In this document: positions 52,302 through 64,000 of the stretch, in pieces
Numbering within the stretch: the first letter of the stretch is position 1
Layout: each line of letters starts with the position of its first letter
Assembly: GCA_964016885.1 (NCBI GenBank)
Contig: OZ024742.1
Coordinates: forward strand, 89,404,001-89,468,000
Reading direction: 5' to 3'
DNA length: 64,000 bases
From: Eledone cirrhosa
Taxonomy: Eukaryota
The notes under the pieces: model-generated
Told to the model about the DNA's origin: nothing
The model's input: the letters and a program-made list of their open reading frames with translations, nothing else
Databases searched by the model: none
Position numbers and translations under genes: made by a program

Positions 52302-52305
<4 letters not shown>
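51400..52305 (+). mobile_element. Non-coding PLE-type element with a degenerate HHR
   Basis: GAA-ACAAUUGU-C-AGUAC at ~52079 with stems I and II present but the CUGANGA strand damaged; ends in (TA)n. Confidence 0.45.
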
Positions 52306-52400
<95 letters not shown>

Positions 52401-52404
52401 TATA

Positions 52405-52612
52405 TATAAGTTTAAATTTGGTGGTTTACCACTGGATAGAATTGGTCATTCTGCAATTTTAATCATGACGTAATATGGAAAAATCACTCGGAGTTTGCAA
52501 CACATCCATCTTCAATGTTGAATCTTGCTGGTGATGCGGGGATGGAGTAAATGTATTATAAAGTGAAATGACAAGAGGCCAAATATGTTGAATTTCCTTA
52601 ATTTCTTATTAC
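52405..52612 (-). mobile_element. pLTR tail related to the 35088/57559 family
   Basis: Reverse complement GAATGACCAATTCTATCCAGTGGTAAACC matches 59470-59498. Confidence 0.6.
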
Positions 52613-52645
52613 TGTAAACAGTCGTTAAAGCAGCTCCCTCCCCCA

Positions 52646-52869
52646 TCCCACGTAAACTTTGATGGATGAATCTATCGCAATGTTGCTACAACATGAATTC
52701 GCTACTCCTCCTCTAGCAATAAAGCACCAGCGCAACATAATTTAGCATTCCTCTCAAATACTATACTTCCACAGCAAGCAGGACTCGTGAATCCATTTTT
52801 CGATAAAATCTGGGATTCACAGCAAATTTGAGTCACCTTGTTATAAACCTGGGTGTGTTCCACAATAAC
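52646..52869 (-). pseudogene. Galaxin-like paralogue pseudo-exon
   Basis: Reads TQICCESQILSKNGFTSPACCGSIVFERNAKLCCAG..ANSCCSNIAID; intron flank 52870-52960 is homologous to 6167-6252; +4 and -1 frameshifts; 3' part truncated. Confidence 0.88.
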
Positions 52870-52978
52870 CTAAAATAAAAATTAAAATAACGAATGTTAA
52901 TATTGGTTAAATTTAGCAACGATATTAGTAAAATTGACATACATTCACACTTGATGTATATTTATATGTGTATATATA

Positions 52979-55900
52979 TCTATATATATAAATCTGAGGA
53001 TGTGTGTGTTAAGGTCTGTAACGGATTCACGTCCACAACTTCCGACGGATTCTATTCAAAGTCAGGACAATTATTGCTTTTGGTCAGGAAAAGGTCATGA
53101 AGCAAAAGGAAATTCAAATCCATCAACAATAAGGGCAAAAATCGATCATGATCATTCCCCCTCGCTATAATTTAACTGTTTTACTCTCTCTGTCGCTCTT
53201 CACTCCCTAAATAACAACACTGCAGAGAGAGAAACAATGTGTATGATCAAATGGAGCGTTTCGTATATTCCCTCTCTCTATAATTTAACTGCTTTACTCT
53301 CTCTGTCGCTCTTTACTCCCTATATGACAACACTGCGGTGGAGCATTCCGTATTGAGCGTTCCGTATTGACATACGGCTTATATGGTGCATTATATAAAT
53401 CGAAATGTAACCCGTGAACTTTTTCCTGGGCAAAATTATTCGAACAGACATGACCTCATTGCCAGAGTGTTCAGACTGAAACTGGCTAAACTCATGGCTT
53501 TTATCAAAAAGGGTCAGGTACATGGGGCTGCAAAATGTGACATGTTCACCGTCGAATGGCAAAAACGAGGGCTTCCGCATGCTTACATTTTGATTTGGTT
53601 AGCTGATAAAATCAAAACAAATGCCATAGACAGCTGAAATCCCTAACCCAGCAACTGACCAGGAATTACATAATATCAGCAAAGCTAACATGGTCCATGT
53701 GCCTCGGGTCCTAATGAGCATTACGCGTGTCTGAAAGAGGGGTCGTGCAGTAACGGATACCCCAAAAAATGTGTTGACCAGACTCAGACTGGTGGCGACG
53801 GGTACCCCCTGTACAGGCCCGAGACGGCCCGAGAACGGTTGTGGCTTCACCACAACAGTAAAGGCAGGTCAAGTCGACAATAGATGGGTGGTCCCTTACT
53901 GCCCGCTTCTCTTGAAGATGTTCAATGCCCACATCAACGTTGAGATTTGCAACTCCGTCAAGTCGATAAAATACATATACAAATATGTAAATAAGGGCTC
54001 TGATGCCGCAATGTTCGCATTTCAAGCTGAAAATAGCAGGGATGAGATTACAGAATACCTGGCGGGGCGGTACATCAGTAGCAATGAAGCTTTTTGGCGC
54101 CTATTTGGTTTACCCCTACACCAATGGCACCCCGCCATCGTACAGCTTGCGGTACATTTGGAAAATGGGCAAAGGGTTTACTTTACGGACCAAACCGCCG
54201 CCAAGTTGGCCGCCGACCGAAAGAGACCATTCTGACGGGTTTCTTCAAACTTTGCCAGTTCGATGCATTTGCGCAAACAATTGTGTACCCCCAGGTTCTC
54301 TCCTACTTTATATGGCCGAAAAACACGTGAGTGCGAAGAAAGTCAGGTCAGGCTGTTGAAAGACATCCTGGTGTAAAATTTGACAGCTGTCTTGGAAGGG
54401 TTTACACTGTGTCCCCAAGTCAGCATGAGTGCTTTCATCTCCGCCTTCTTGTGCATGAAATTGCAGGCCCACAAAGTTTTCAGGACCTCAAAACTGTTGA
54501 TGAAGAAATATGTGATACGTACTGGGAAGCCTGCTTTAAACGTGGTCTCTTGAAAGGTGATTCGCAATGGGATTCCACTTTAGCATAGGGTGCTTTGTTG
54601 AAATCAACTAAAAGTCTACGAGAACTCTTTGCCATTTTGCTTCAAAAGTGTGAATTGGGTGATCCTAAATCTTTCTGGGTCAAGTACAGAGACTTGATGT
54701 CTGAGGACTTCCTGCGCCTGGCTCATCTGCAGTATCCTTCAGTGGAAGTTGGTTGCAGCGACATTATCTACAACAGGGCACTCATTGATATCGAGGACGC
54801 CCTCCTCGACATTGTAGGGAACGAATTGGCGACGTATGGTTTGCTGTCAACCATCAGAGAGGACGCTAACACGTTGGCCCCGGATTTGTTGCGAGAAACA
54901 GCATATGACATCGATTCTCTTTCCCAATACATAGAGGAAAATGAGCCTAAACTTCTGTCGGACCAAAGGTTGGCTTATTTAACTATCATTGACGCGGTTC
55001 AAAATGAGACTGGGGGTATTTACTATCTCGATGCTCCTGGGGGTAATGGAAAAATCTTGGGAACAAAATTGATTCTCGCTAAGATTCGTCAGGAGAAAAA
55101 AATTGCGTTGGCCGTTGCATCGTCCTGGATCGCTTCTACTTTGCTGCCGGGAGGCAGGACAGCACACTCAACCTTAAACTCCCCTTGGATTTAGTAAAAA
55201 CTGAGACACCAACATACAATATCAGCAAGAGTTCACACGAAGCTCTGGTTCTCAAAAAATGTTACCTCATATTTTGGGATGAGTGCACAATGGCACACAA
55301 GGGTGCGCTTGAGGCATTGGACAGGACTCTGAAAGACATTAGGGATTCTACGACTCCTATGGGTGGCGTAACCCTTCTGCTATCAGTGGATTTTCGGCAA
55401 ACGCTGCCTGTCATCCCCAAAGGGACAAGAACTGATGAAGTGCGTGACTGCCTTTTAAGTTGTCCATGTTTAGCCCCAGGTGAAGAGTTTGTAGCTGAGC
55501 ACAAATGTGAGTGCTCATTTGCATGGTGACAACATGTCTGCAGCATTTTCTAACATTTTAACATTTGGTGTGGGCAATGTCCCTGCGGATGACAAGGGCG
55601 GCATAGCAATCGACTCTCTGTGCAACATTGTGAGCATCCCTTCTGAGCTTTGGGAAGCAGTTTTTCCTAATGTCTTTAATAACTTTAAAAAATTCGATTG
55701 GCTCAGCGAAAGAGCCATCCTTGCTCCGAAAAATCCCATGGTTAATTTTATTAACGAGCAGCTGAAGAAGATTCCCGGTAAAGAGCACATCTTCAAATCT
55801 ATCGACCTGACGTCAGACCCCGACGATATCGTTAATTATCCGGTTGAGTTATTAAATTCCCTTGAGCCCCCAGAGCTCCCACCTCACATTCTTAAGCTTA

Positions 55901-56629
55901 GGGTTGGCCGTCCCATTATGCTAATAAAGAACATGCGTCCACCAAAGCAGTGCAACGGTACTCGCATGGTCGTCAAGTCACTGACGCCCCAATTGGTTGA
56001 GGCCACCATTGTAACAGGGTGCGGGAGAGGGGAGAATGTTCTCATTGCAAGGATGAACCTTTTCCCCTCGGTGTCAGATATCGCGTTCTATTTCCGGCGA
56101 TTCCAAATCCCGGTGAGACCATGTTTTGCCAAGTCACAAGGGCAAACATTGTAGGTGGCGGGCATCCATTTGGGAGAGCCATGCTTCGCCCATGGCCAAA
56201 TTTATGTTGCCTGTTCTCGTGTTCTCGCGTAGGGAGCAGGAATAGATATTTTGCTTACACTCCTCAAGGGATGACACCCAATATCGTCTACAAATAGGTG
56301 TTATAGATGTTGATGCAGGTGTTGGAGGTGTTGGAGCAATGCCGTCTAGAAAACTATTTCCAGGTAGGGTCACGCTTGGCGGACAGATCTGACACCCAGC
56401 GGCATCAGGGCCACCATCTTGCAACTTTGGTCTGCTAAATTCGGTATTGGAAGATTATTAACCCATCATTGATTGTCCAAAATGCTAATTGGTTCGTAAC
56501 TTTTAATAACCGGTTCAGCTGCTTTATGTACTTAATTGATAAGCTTATTTGCTTTCAAGCCACGTTTACCTGTATGTAACTTTTCATAGAAAATGAACAA
56601 ACCTGAACAACGCCGGGCTAAACTGCTAC
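52979..56629 (+). mobile_element. Decayed autonomous Helitron (Rep plus Pif1 helicase)
   Basis: A|TCTATATATATAAA start; EWQKRGLPHAYILIW (HUH), KYIYKYVNKG (Y2), LDAPGGNGK, WDECTM, DFRQTLPV, KSQGQTL; 3' hairpin CCTG..CCGGG then CTAC|T; many stops. Confidence 0.92.
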
Positions 56630-56662
<33 letters not shown>

Positions 56663-57120
56663 AGCTAGAACGAGAGAGAGTGAGAGAGATATTTAATCAA
56701 TTTAAACATCCGTATGTTGTAGCATCCACAACGGTGTTGGGGAGAACAAAGTTCCTGCTTTTCGAGCCAGTTCATCTCATTAACAATCATATCACACCGT
56801 CTATTGATTTGTAATTGGCATCTGGGTTGCTCCATTATTCCTAATAATTTGTTTCGGGCATCAGTATTTAAAGTAAGGCTGGGCAAATGTAGAAAAAAGG
56901 AGAAACTTACTATAATAACGGGTGGAGGGCGGGACTGTGTCTTGTTTATATTTTTTTTATCCGGTTAGTAAAATAAGTTGGATTACTTTGAATAAATAAT
57001 GAATGAATATTATATAATTTATGTACTAAATTTCGTAACGCTTCATTAAACAGAGATCATTTTATTGCTTATTCCATTTTGCTGTAGAGTTAGGTTCGTT
57101 AGTCAGTATGTGTATGTATA

Positions 57121-57302
57121 ATAATTGTTTCTACTTTAGGCACCATGCCAGCAATTACCCAGTACATTCCTAGTACTTTATTTTATCGACCCCGTAAGGA
57201 TGAAAGGCAAAGTCAACCTCGGCGGGGTTTGAACTCAGATCGTAAAGGGACGTAACTATGCTGGAAAACATGGCGTCCGACCCTCTACCGATACTGCCAA
57301 TC
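57121..57302 (-). mobile_element. OK-type tRNA SINE
   Basis: Near-identical to 11249-11431. Confidence 0.9.
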
Positions 57303-57501
57303 GGTATAATAATGAAAATTATTGTGTACAGCGCTCAGGTGCATTATAATTGTTGTTCTTCTTCTTTGATTTTTATAAAATTAGTATCACATATCAACTA
57401 CAACTACAACCACCACCACCATCACCACCGCTTCAACTACCATATATATAGACAGAGCGGGAAAGAAAAAGAGAGACAGATAGATAGAGTGACAATGTGA
57501 C

Positions 57502-57558
<57 letters not shown>

Positions 57559-57564
<6 letters not shown>

Positions 57565-59510
57565 AATGACAGGAGGCTGGACTGGTGTAATTCCTTAAAA
57601 GGTTTATTATACTATGATCATTTCAATGACCGGTTTCAGTACGAATCCGGTGATATCATCAGGTAATCGAAATATAACAAAGGAATATAATAGACAAAAT
57701 CCATGGGGCTGAAAATATTTTCAGGGCTTTTGGGATTCACTTTGGATATTCAGACTCGAACATACACTAGGTATCACCTGATACCATTCCTACTCTTCCA
57801 TCCTGTATATCTATATGTATAACATTGCATTCTCCAACCGTGCTATATATTGCCCATTTACTGCACCTTGATCTGTATTTTATTTCTTCTGTATTGTGAT
57901 TTCTTCTATGTTCTTATATACTTCCTTTTTACTCCCTACATCACCACCCTAGGTATGACTGTATTTTGTATTTTACTTATGGTATTACTTATGCATTTAT
58001 TTACTCCCTTTACTCTCATTATATACGTATCCTTGTACTCATTAGCACACGACCCTATAATATTGCTCTCTGTACCCTTATATCTGTCTATCTTTATTTA
58101 CTCCCCCTACCCACCCAGGTATCATACTACATATAACCGGACTAACTATAGTCTATTTGCACATTTCATCAGATTTTATCACTTTCAACTTCACATCACG
58201 GGTGTGAATAACTAATAATCGTTTGGTACACGCGATGATCCGACTGATGTGGCGGCTTTCCCGACTGCACACCAGTCGCTCGGGTCGATCAGCCTTCCTT
58301 GAGTGCTTGGAAAAATAAATTTCCCCTTCTTTCGGTAAACGAAAATACTCGGAACGGTTGCTTCGCCCTGGGGCCCTGCCGGACTTGGAACCCGCCTCGA
58401 CACCGGTTATTGACTGCCAAACAGTACCTTTAAATTCTAGGCTTAATCATAACTTTTAATTTTATCTAGCCTCCTTCTACTAGCACTTAACTAAATCCCC
58501 CACCAGTGTGAATCACTAGTAGTCGTTTGTTGTATACGATATCCGGCGGACGGTGGCGGACTTCCCGCTGGCACACCCGACGCTTAAGACAGTTAACATT
58601 CCTGGGGTGCGCGGAAAAATAAATGTCCATTTCTTTCGCTATACAATAATACTCGGAACGGCTAACACGCCGTTGGGCCCCGGGCTGGCCGGGGGTACGC
58701 TACGTCGCTAAGCATGGGTTTAATCTTTACTCTGTATTCTACCCTGAAACTTTATCGTGACTATCTATAATACACTGAAACTTTTTCATAACAGCCCCCT
58801 TCTGTAAATTCTTTAACTAAATCTCACAACTTCAAACTTAAACCTTATTTTTCTAATTTCATCTTAAATGGCATCTTCTAACTCTAAACATAAATTTAAC
58901 GTTTCTAATTGTTAATCGAAATTTCTGTCCATACATTATACCATGCAGACGCCCACTATATATTTCTATATATAGTTTTGTTAAGATATATGTTCTTTGA
59001 TAAAATATTTTTCGCGGCACTTCTAGCACGCATGACCAGCTTGATTGTGACCTGACTTCAACGCTGGCCTCTGTCTTTGAAGGGATGGTAGTATTACACT
59101 ATAAGCCTACGCCCCTTCACCAAATAGTCATATGTAGGCTTAATAATGACCACATGAGGGCGACCGACTGGGGTAGAAGCTGGTAAATGTTCGGTCGCCT
59201 TCATGTCCGAGATTTTCAGCCTCATGGATTTTGTCTATTATATTCCTCTGTTATATTTCGATTAGCTGATGATGTCACCGGATTTATTCTGAACCCGGTC
59301 ATTGAAATGATAATAGTATAATAAACCTTTTAATGAATTACACGAGTCCAGCCTCTGTAATTTTATAATAATTAACTCCGTACTCGCAACACCAACTACA
59401 CAAACGAAGACGGGTGAGTTACAATACGTTGAGTGCTCTCCATAATATTACATCGAGGTTGACGATACTGAATGACCAGTTCTATCCAGTGGTGAACCAA
59501 CAAACCTAAA
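57559..59510 (+). mobile_element. ORF-less ~1.9-kb PLE-type element (inverted pLTR, body, pLTR), diverged relative of 35088-39981
   Basis: HHRs at 57609-57665 (-) and 59262-59319 (+); shares the pLTR and the duplicated internal module; (TA)n on both sides. Confidence 0.85.
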
Positions 59511-59619
59511 TATATATATATATATATATAATGGAAACATTTGAACAGGGACAAAACAGAGAGGCAGTACAACGAATGTTTATTAATTTCACGCTCTGGA
59601 GAGTGGGGTGTTGGTGGGG

Positions 59620-59653
59620 GACGACGTTTCGGGCATAAGCCCTTCCTCAGGTG
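59620..59653 (-). ncRNA. Minimal hammerhead ribozyme in a solo pLTR
   Basis: AC-CUGAGGA-A-GGGC(UUAU)GCCC-GAA-ACGU-C-GU. Confidence 0.75.
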
Positions 59654-59744
59654 AGAAGTGTGTGGGAACAGAGTTCAAAGGGTGTGTAGGGGAGTGGTGG
59701 AAAGACATATAGCGAAAGGAAACGGTGCGAATGAAAAAAATAAA

Positions 59745-59777
<33 letters not shown>

Positions 59778-60325
59778 GATACCTCTGTATATATATATAT
59801 ATATATACAGAGGTATCCACTGTAAGTTGTGGGGTCTATTCTGCATGAAGAACTCGATGTAATCCATATGTTGAAAATGTTGTAGGTTAAGATAAATCTC
59901 GAAAAACAATAAACCATTAAAAGGAAAACAGAGTCATGATATAAGTTAAAACAATGAAATAAAAAATCAAGTCATAAGAGATATACTTTCATGCTTTACG
60001 ATCGTTTCTAGATGATGATAATACATTGTAGCTATACTCAGTAATTGATCTATGTAAGGTTATTTACAAACTATCAGATAAAGAGAATATTTACTTACAT
60101 GCATATCACCAACTGATTTCAAAAGCAATAATAATTTTATTCAATAATGATTTTATTCAGAATTAGTAGTATGTTAGTATCATGTCCTTATTTGGAGTTA
60201 GTTGAAGAACTAACGAATCAAATTGTTTTGTTCATATGGTGGTAAGATGAAAAGTAATATACTTTAGTTGAAGAAAAGTAATATACTTTAGTTGATGTCA
60301 AAAGTAATATACTTTAGTTGAGGTC

Positions 60326-61160
60326 AAACTATTGGACAAATCCCCAAAACATTCTTTGAAATTCTACATAAACATTTACCACCAAACCACAGATACCACC
60401 AAATATTTAACAAATATACTGTTAAATTCTCATACTCTACATCAAGCAATCTCAAACAAAAAATAAGCAACTACAACATTTATAAACTTTAAAATAATAT
60501 GAGTACACCACCGCAGCATAAAAAGGCAAATAATACAATCCTTCAACCTAGAAAACACAACCACCCAAATCACCAAAACAAAAACAACAGAACACAAAAT
60601 CACAATACAACCCTAACACCAAACCACCCACAAAGCAACCTTCATTCTCCTGTTATCATTAATTACAATAGAAATAGCTCAAGGATTAAGGAGAATAATA
60701 TAGGCACCCCTAATAACCATCATACGTATGGCTGTAATTGCAGAAATAGAAGCATTTGCCCTTAAATGGAAACTGTTTGATTGATAATGTAAGATATAAA
60801 TGCACTGTGTCTACTACAGACTCCAACAAAACATATATAGGATCTACATCAAACACATTTATGAAAAGATTTTACGCACACTCTAGTAGTTTCAACAATA
60901 CTAAACTAGCTAACACCACATCTTTAGCTGAAGCGGTAAATAATTATAAAAAGAAAAAATTAGATTTCAAGTTATCGTGGAACACCAATCTACAAAGAAC
61001 TCCATATCTTGGGAACAGGAGGGAATGCAGATTATGTTTAGGGGATATCTTGGAAATTACTAAATCTAAGGACGATTTATTAAATAAAAGACAGGAATTG
61101 ATCATAGTTTGTAATCACCGTATACGAAAAACATTTAAATACTATAAACCTAATTAAATA
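60326..61160 (+). mobile_element. Penelope-like element 3' fragment (Nematis-like GIY-YIG)
   Basis: RYHQIFNKYTVKFSYS, CNCRNRSICPLNGNCL, YKC..TYIGSTSNTF, CRLCL, LLNKRQELIIVCNH. Confidence 0.85.
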
Positions 61161-61688
61161 TTCTAAATAACAACTCACTATAATTCCATATAGAGTAACA
61201 TGTATTAGTACCTCTTTCCCCTAATTATATGCATTCATGCTTAGCTTTTGCCTTTTAATGTTTTAGCTTCCTTAGATTTATGCGTTAATGACTAATGGCA
61301 ACAAGATACACAACCACCCGTAATTGCATGAGTAAATATATATCTTTGTATGATATGGAAATATATTTATGTGTGGGAATGTATATATATGTATATGTTT
61401 GTATATGTATTTATGTATGTGTATATGTGTATATATATATACTTGTATGTTTGTGTATGTATGTATGTGTATGTATGTATATATATATACATGTGTGAAT
61501 ATATATATATATATATGTATATATATATGTGTGTGTTTGTATGTGTGTATGTGTGAGTATAGGTGTATGAGTGTTTATGTGTGAGTATGTGCACATGTAT
61601 GAGGAGTGTACATATACTCACACATGTATATATGTATATATATGTGTATGGGTGGGTGTGTCTATGTATATATATGTGTATGTATATG

Positions 61689-61772
<84 letters not shown>

Positions 61773-61777
<5 letters not shown>

Positions 61778-64000
61778 ATACTTTGGGAGGGTCATGTTGC
61801 CTATAAGAAACATACGCACCAGTGCTTTCACTTCAATTTATTATATATTTATAAATTTCTGGTTGGTTGGTTGGTTCCACAACCAGATAGTTGTTTATAT
61901 ATAGTCATAGTTCTTTCGTCACACACTCTGTGACCTCTTCAGTGACTGGGGATTCCTTTCTTTGTTTCTGTGCCTCTCCTTTGATCTGTCCTACGCCATT
62001 TTGTTTCTGTGTGTGTGTTGTGTGCTCAGTCTGCGCATGCGCCACATCCGGGTGTCTGTGTGTGTTTGTATTCATTTATCTATTTGTTTATTTACATGTT
62101 ACTGGTTGGTTGTTTGTTCTATGTGTGTGTGTGTTTTCATTTTGTCCTTAATTGTAAGTTGTGATGTTGCTGTTCCACTCATATTTTCTATTTAATTTTG
62201 GTTGTAATTCTTTTATGATTATTGCCTCTGTAATTTGTCTAAACATTGCGTCTTTTCTGTGTGTAGATTCTATTTTTATTTCTATGTTCTCTAATTCACT
62301 CTTGTGTTCTATCTTAGCATGTTGGTAGAGTACAGATGATTCTTTATTATCTTGAAGGTCTCGCCAGTGTTCATTTATCCGTTCCCCTACACTACGAGCT
62401 GTCTCACCTATGTACACTATATTTTTGTCTCTACATTGTCCTTCAGTACATCTTATGCTATACACTACATTTCTAGTTTTACAGTTAATATGGGGGCTTA
62501 TTTTACAGGTTACACATTTCTTATCTATACATAAGTTCTTTGAAAAGGGTATGTCTTGCTAATAAGTGTTTTTACGGAGGTACCTGGTCTTTCTACTATC
62601 TTAATATTGAGTTTATGTTTATTTAGGGCCCTTCTAAAGTTGTAAGCTAGTTCACCTCTAGGGGTTGTATCGATGAACATTACACTCTGGTATTTATTGC
62701 TATAATACCATGAGTTTATTCTATTAGCCTTGTTCCTAGTTCTTTCTATTCTATTCCAAAATTTGCTCCTATACAAGGGTCAGGTCCCATTTATGTCATT
62801 ATTTACCATTTTCTCCCATTTGGTTCTGGCTCCTCTATACACTCTGATTCTATCTCTCTGATTATAGCCAGAGAACTGCATACGGTGGATGGAGTATTGT
62901 ATGTGTCTCTCTAGTTCTTCGGTGTTGCACATGCGGGACACATTTCTCATCACCCGTACCAAATCCTCAATCAGTATGTTGATTTTGGTATGGTCCGAAA
63001 TGACCGAGTTTCGGTGGATCAGATGTTTGGAAGTCATGGGTTTGGCATAATGTGAATGGAGTATTTGTGTTTTGTTGTTAATGGTATCTAACCAGAGCTC
63101 TGTGTCTAGTACAGGTAATCGATGGTTGGGGTGTTTACTTGGGTAGTCTATAGTAACTCTAATGCTCTGGTGGATGGAGTTTGCTATTTGCTGGATGCTT
63201 TCCATTGTGTTTTTCTCTAGTTCCTGACTGTTCTCTAGTGGGGGTGTCTTAACTACGATGTTTATATCATCTACGTAGCGGGAGTACATTATCAGGGTTA
63301 AGGGGTCTTCTAATTGTTCTTTAAGTTTAAGTTTAAGTCTACTGTCCCACCATACCATGAATAAGTTAGCTATGTCGCCTGCAATGCTAACACCAATGGC
63401 TGCTCCTTCCTCTTGGGCATATGTTTTCCATTAAATTTGAACATATGTTCCTTAAGGGTTAGTTTTATGCTGGCCCCTACCGCATGTGCAATCATTTTCT
63501 TCAGTTCATCGTGGTTTTCGGGTGTCCGTATGGCTCTGGTCCACCCGTTCCATCTATCTGTGTGGGTTTTCTTGGCCATTGAGGTAATGGTAGGTGGTCT
63601 GCCTCTTGCTGGTCTTGTAGGGCACAGGTTGCTAAGGTCTTAAGTGTCTAGGTAACTATTACTATAGGTAAGCTTAAGTAGGAGTCCCAGCTCACTGGTA
63701 TCAATCCCACGGAACTCAACCTTGCTCTCACTGATCATATCTACGCATTTCTCCACAGCAAAATCCACGTCAATAGATGGATACAGGGACACAACATCCA
63801 TACTGCCTATTATGCAGTTTGTTAGCTCCCCAGATCAGTTACTCACGCCGATTCTGCTGAGGAGGTCCTCCGTGCTGTCACATACATCTGGGGACATTTC
63901 AATGATGGGGCGTATGATCAGGGAGAGGAAGTAGGACAGTCTGTAGTTACTAGCAATGTTAGCTCCACAGACTGGCCGTGTTGGTGGTCCAGCGACAGGG
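61773..64000 (-). mobile_element. Penelope-like element: RT, GIY-YIG and pLTR; frameshifted; runs off the window
   Basis: GSMDVVSLYPSID, AIGVSIAGDIANLFMVWWD, YSRYVDDI, LPVLDTEL, VYIGETARSVGERINEH, RQITEAIII..LN. Confidence 0.92.
61903..61947 (-). ncRNA. Minimal hammerhead ribozyme in the Penelope pLTR
   Basis: AGUCA-CUGAAGA-G-GUCAC..GUGAC-GAA-AGAACU-A-UGACU; perfect 5-bp stem I. Confidence 0.88.

Noticed and set aside
56665-56886. Cys-containing 73-aa ORF as the upstream exon of the galaxin paralogue
   Set aside because: No signal peptide, no clear splice sites and no counterpart upstream of the intact copy.
59152-59205. SECIS element (selenoprotein PLE)
   Set aside because: AUGA is fully paired with no GA quartet, and there is no upstream UGA-containing ORF.
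60245-60325. Three ~23-bp direct repeats, CRISPR-like
   Set aside because: No unique spacers and a eukaryotic context; slippage at a truncated element end.

Overview
AT-rich, repeat-saturated animal genomic DNA, most likely an octopod cephalopod (three copies of an OK-type tRNA SINE, very abundant (TA)n and (TACA)n microsatellites). Host coding content is one galaxin-like terminal exon (6253-6899, +) and an inverted, frameshifted paralogue (52646-52869, -) that the ORF track misses. The rest is mobile DNA. A nested cluster at 17.8-28.6 kb holds R4/Dong-clade retrotransposons (one with an uninterrupted RT-to-REL reading frame) and ~610-bp non-autonomous RTE derivatives, all sitting in (TACA)n. 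There are also CRE, RTE and CR1 fragments, a decayed hATm-type transposon, a decayed Helitron and many Penelope-like elements (PLEs). The PLE-related sequences carry about 15 recognisable minimal type-I hammerhead ribozyme (HHR) motifs from roughly 8 families. The best candidate for an undescribed system is a family of ORF-less ~2-kb elements bounded by HHRs (35088-39981 as a head-to-head foldback; a diverged relative at 57559-59510). Each carries two tandem copies of a conserved multibranch RNA module of ~145-170 nt whose stems are kept by compensatory or G-U changes. All structures were folded and aligned by eye; none was computed or database-searched.
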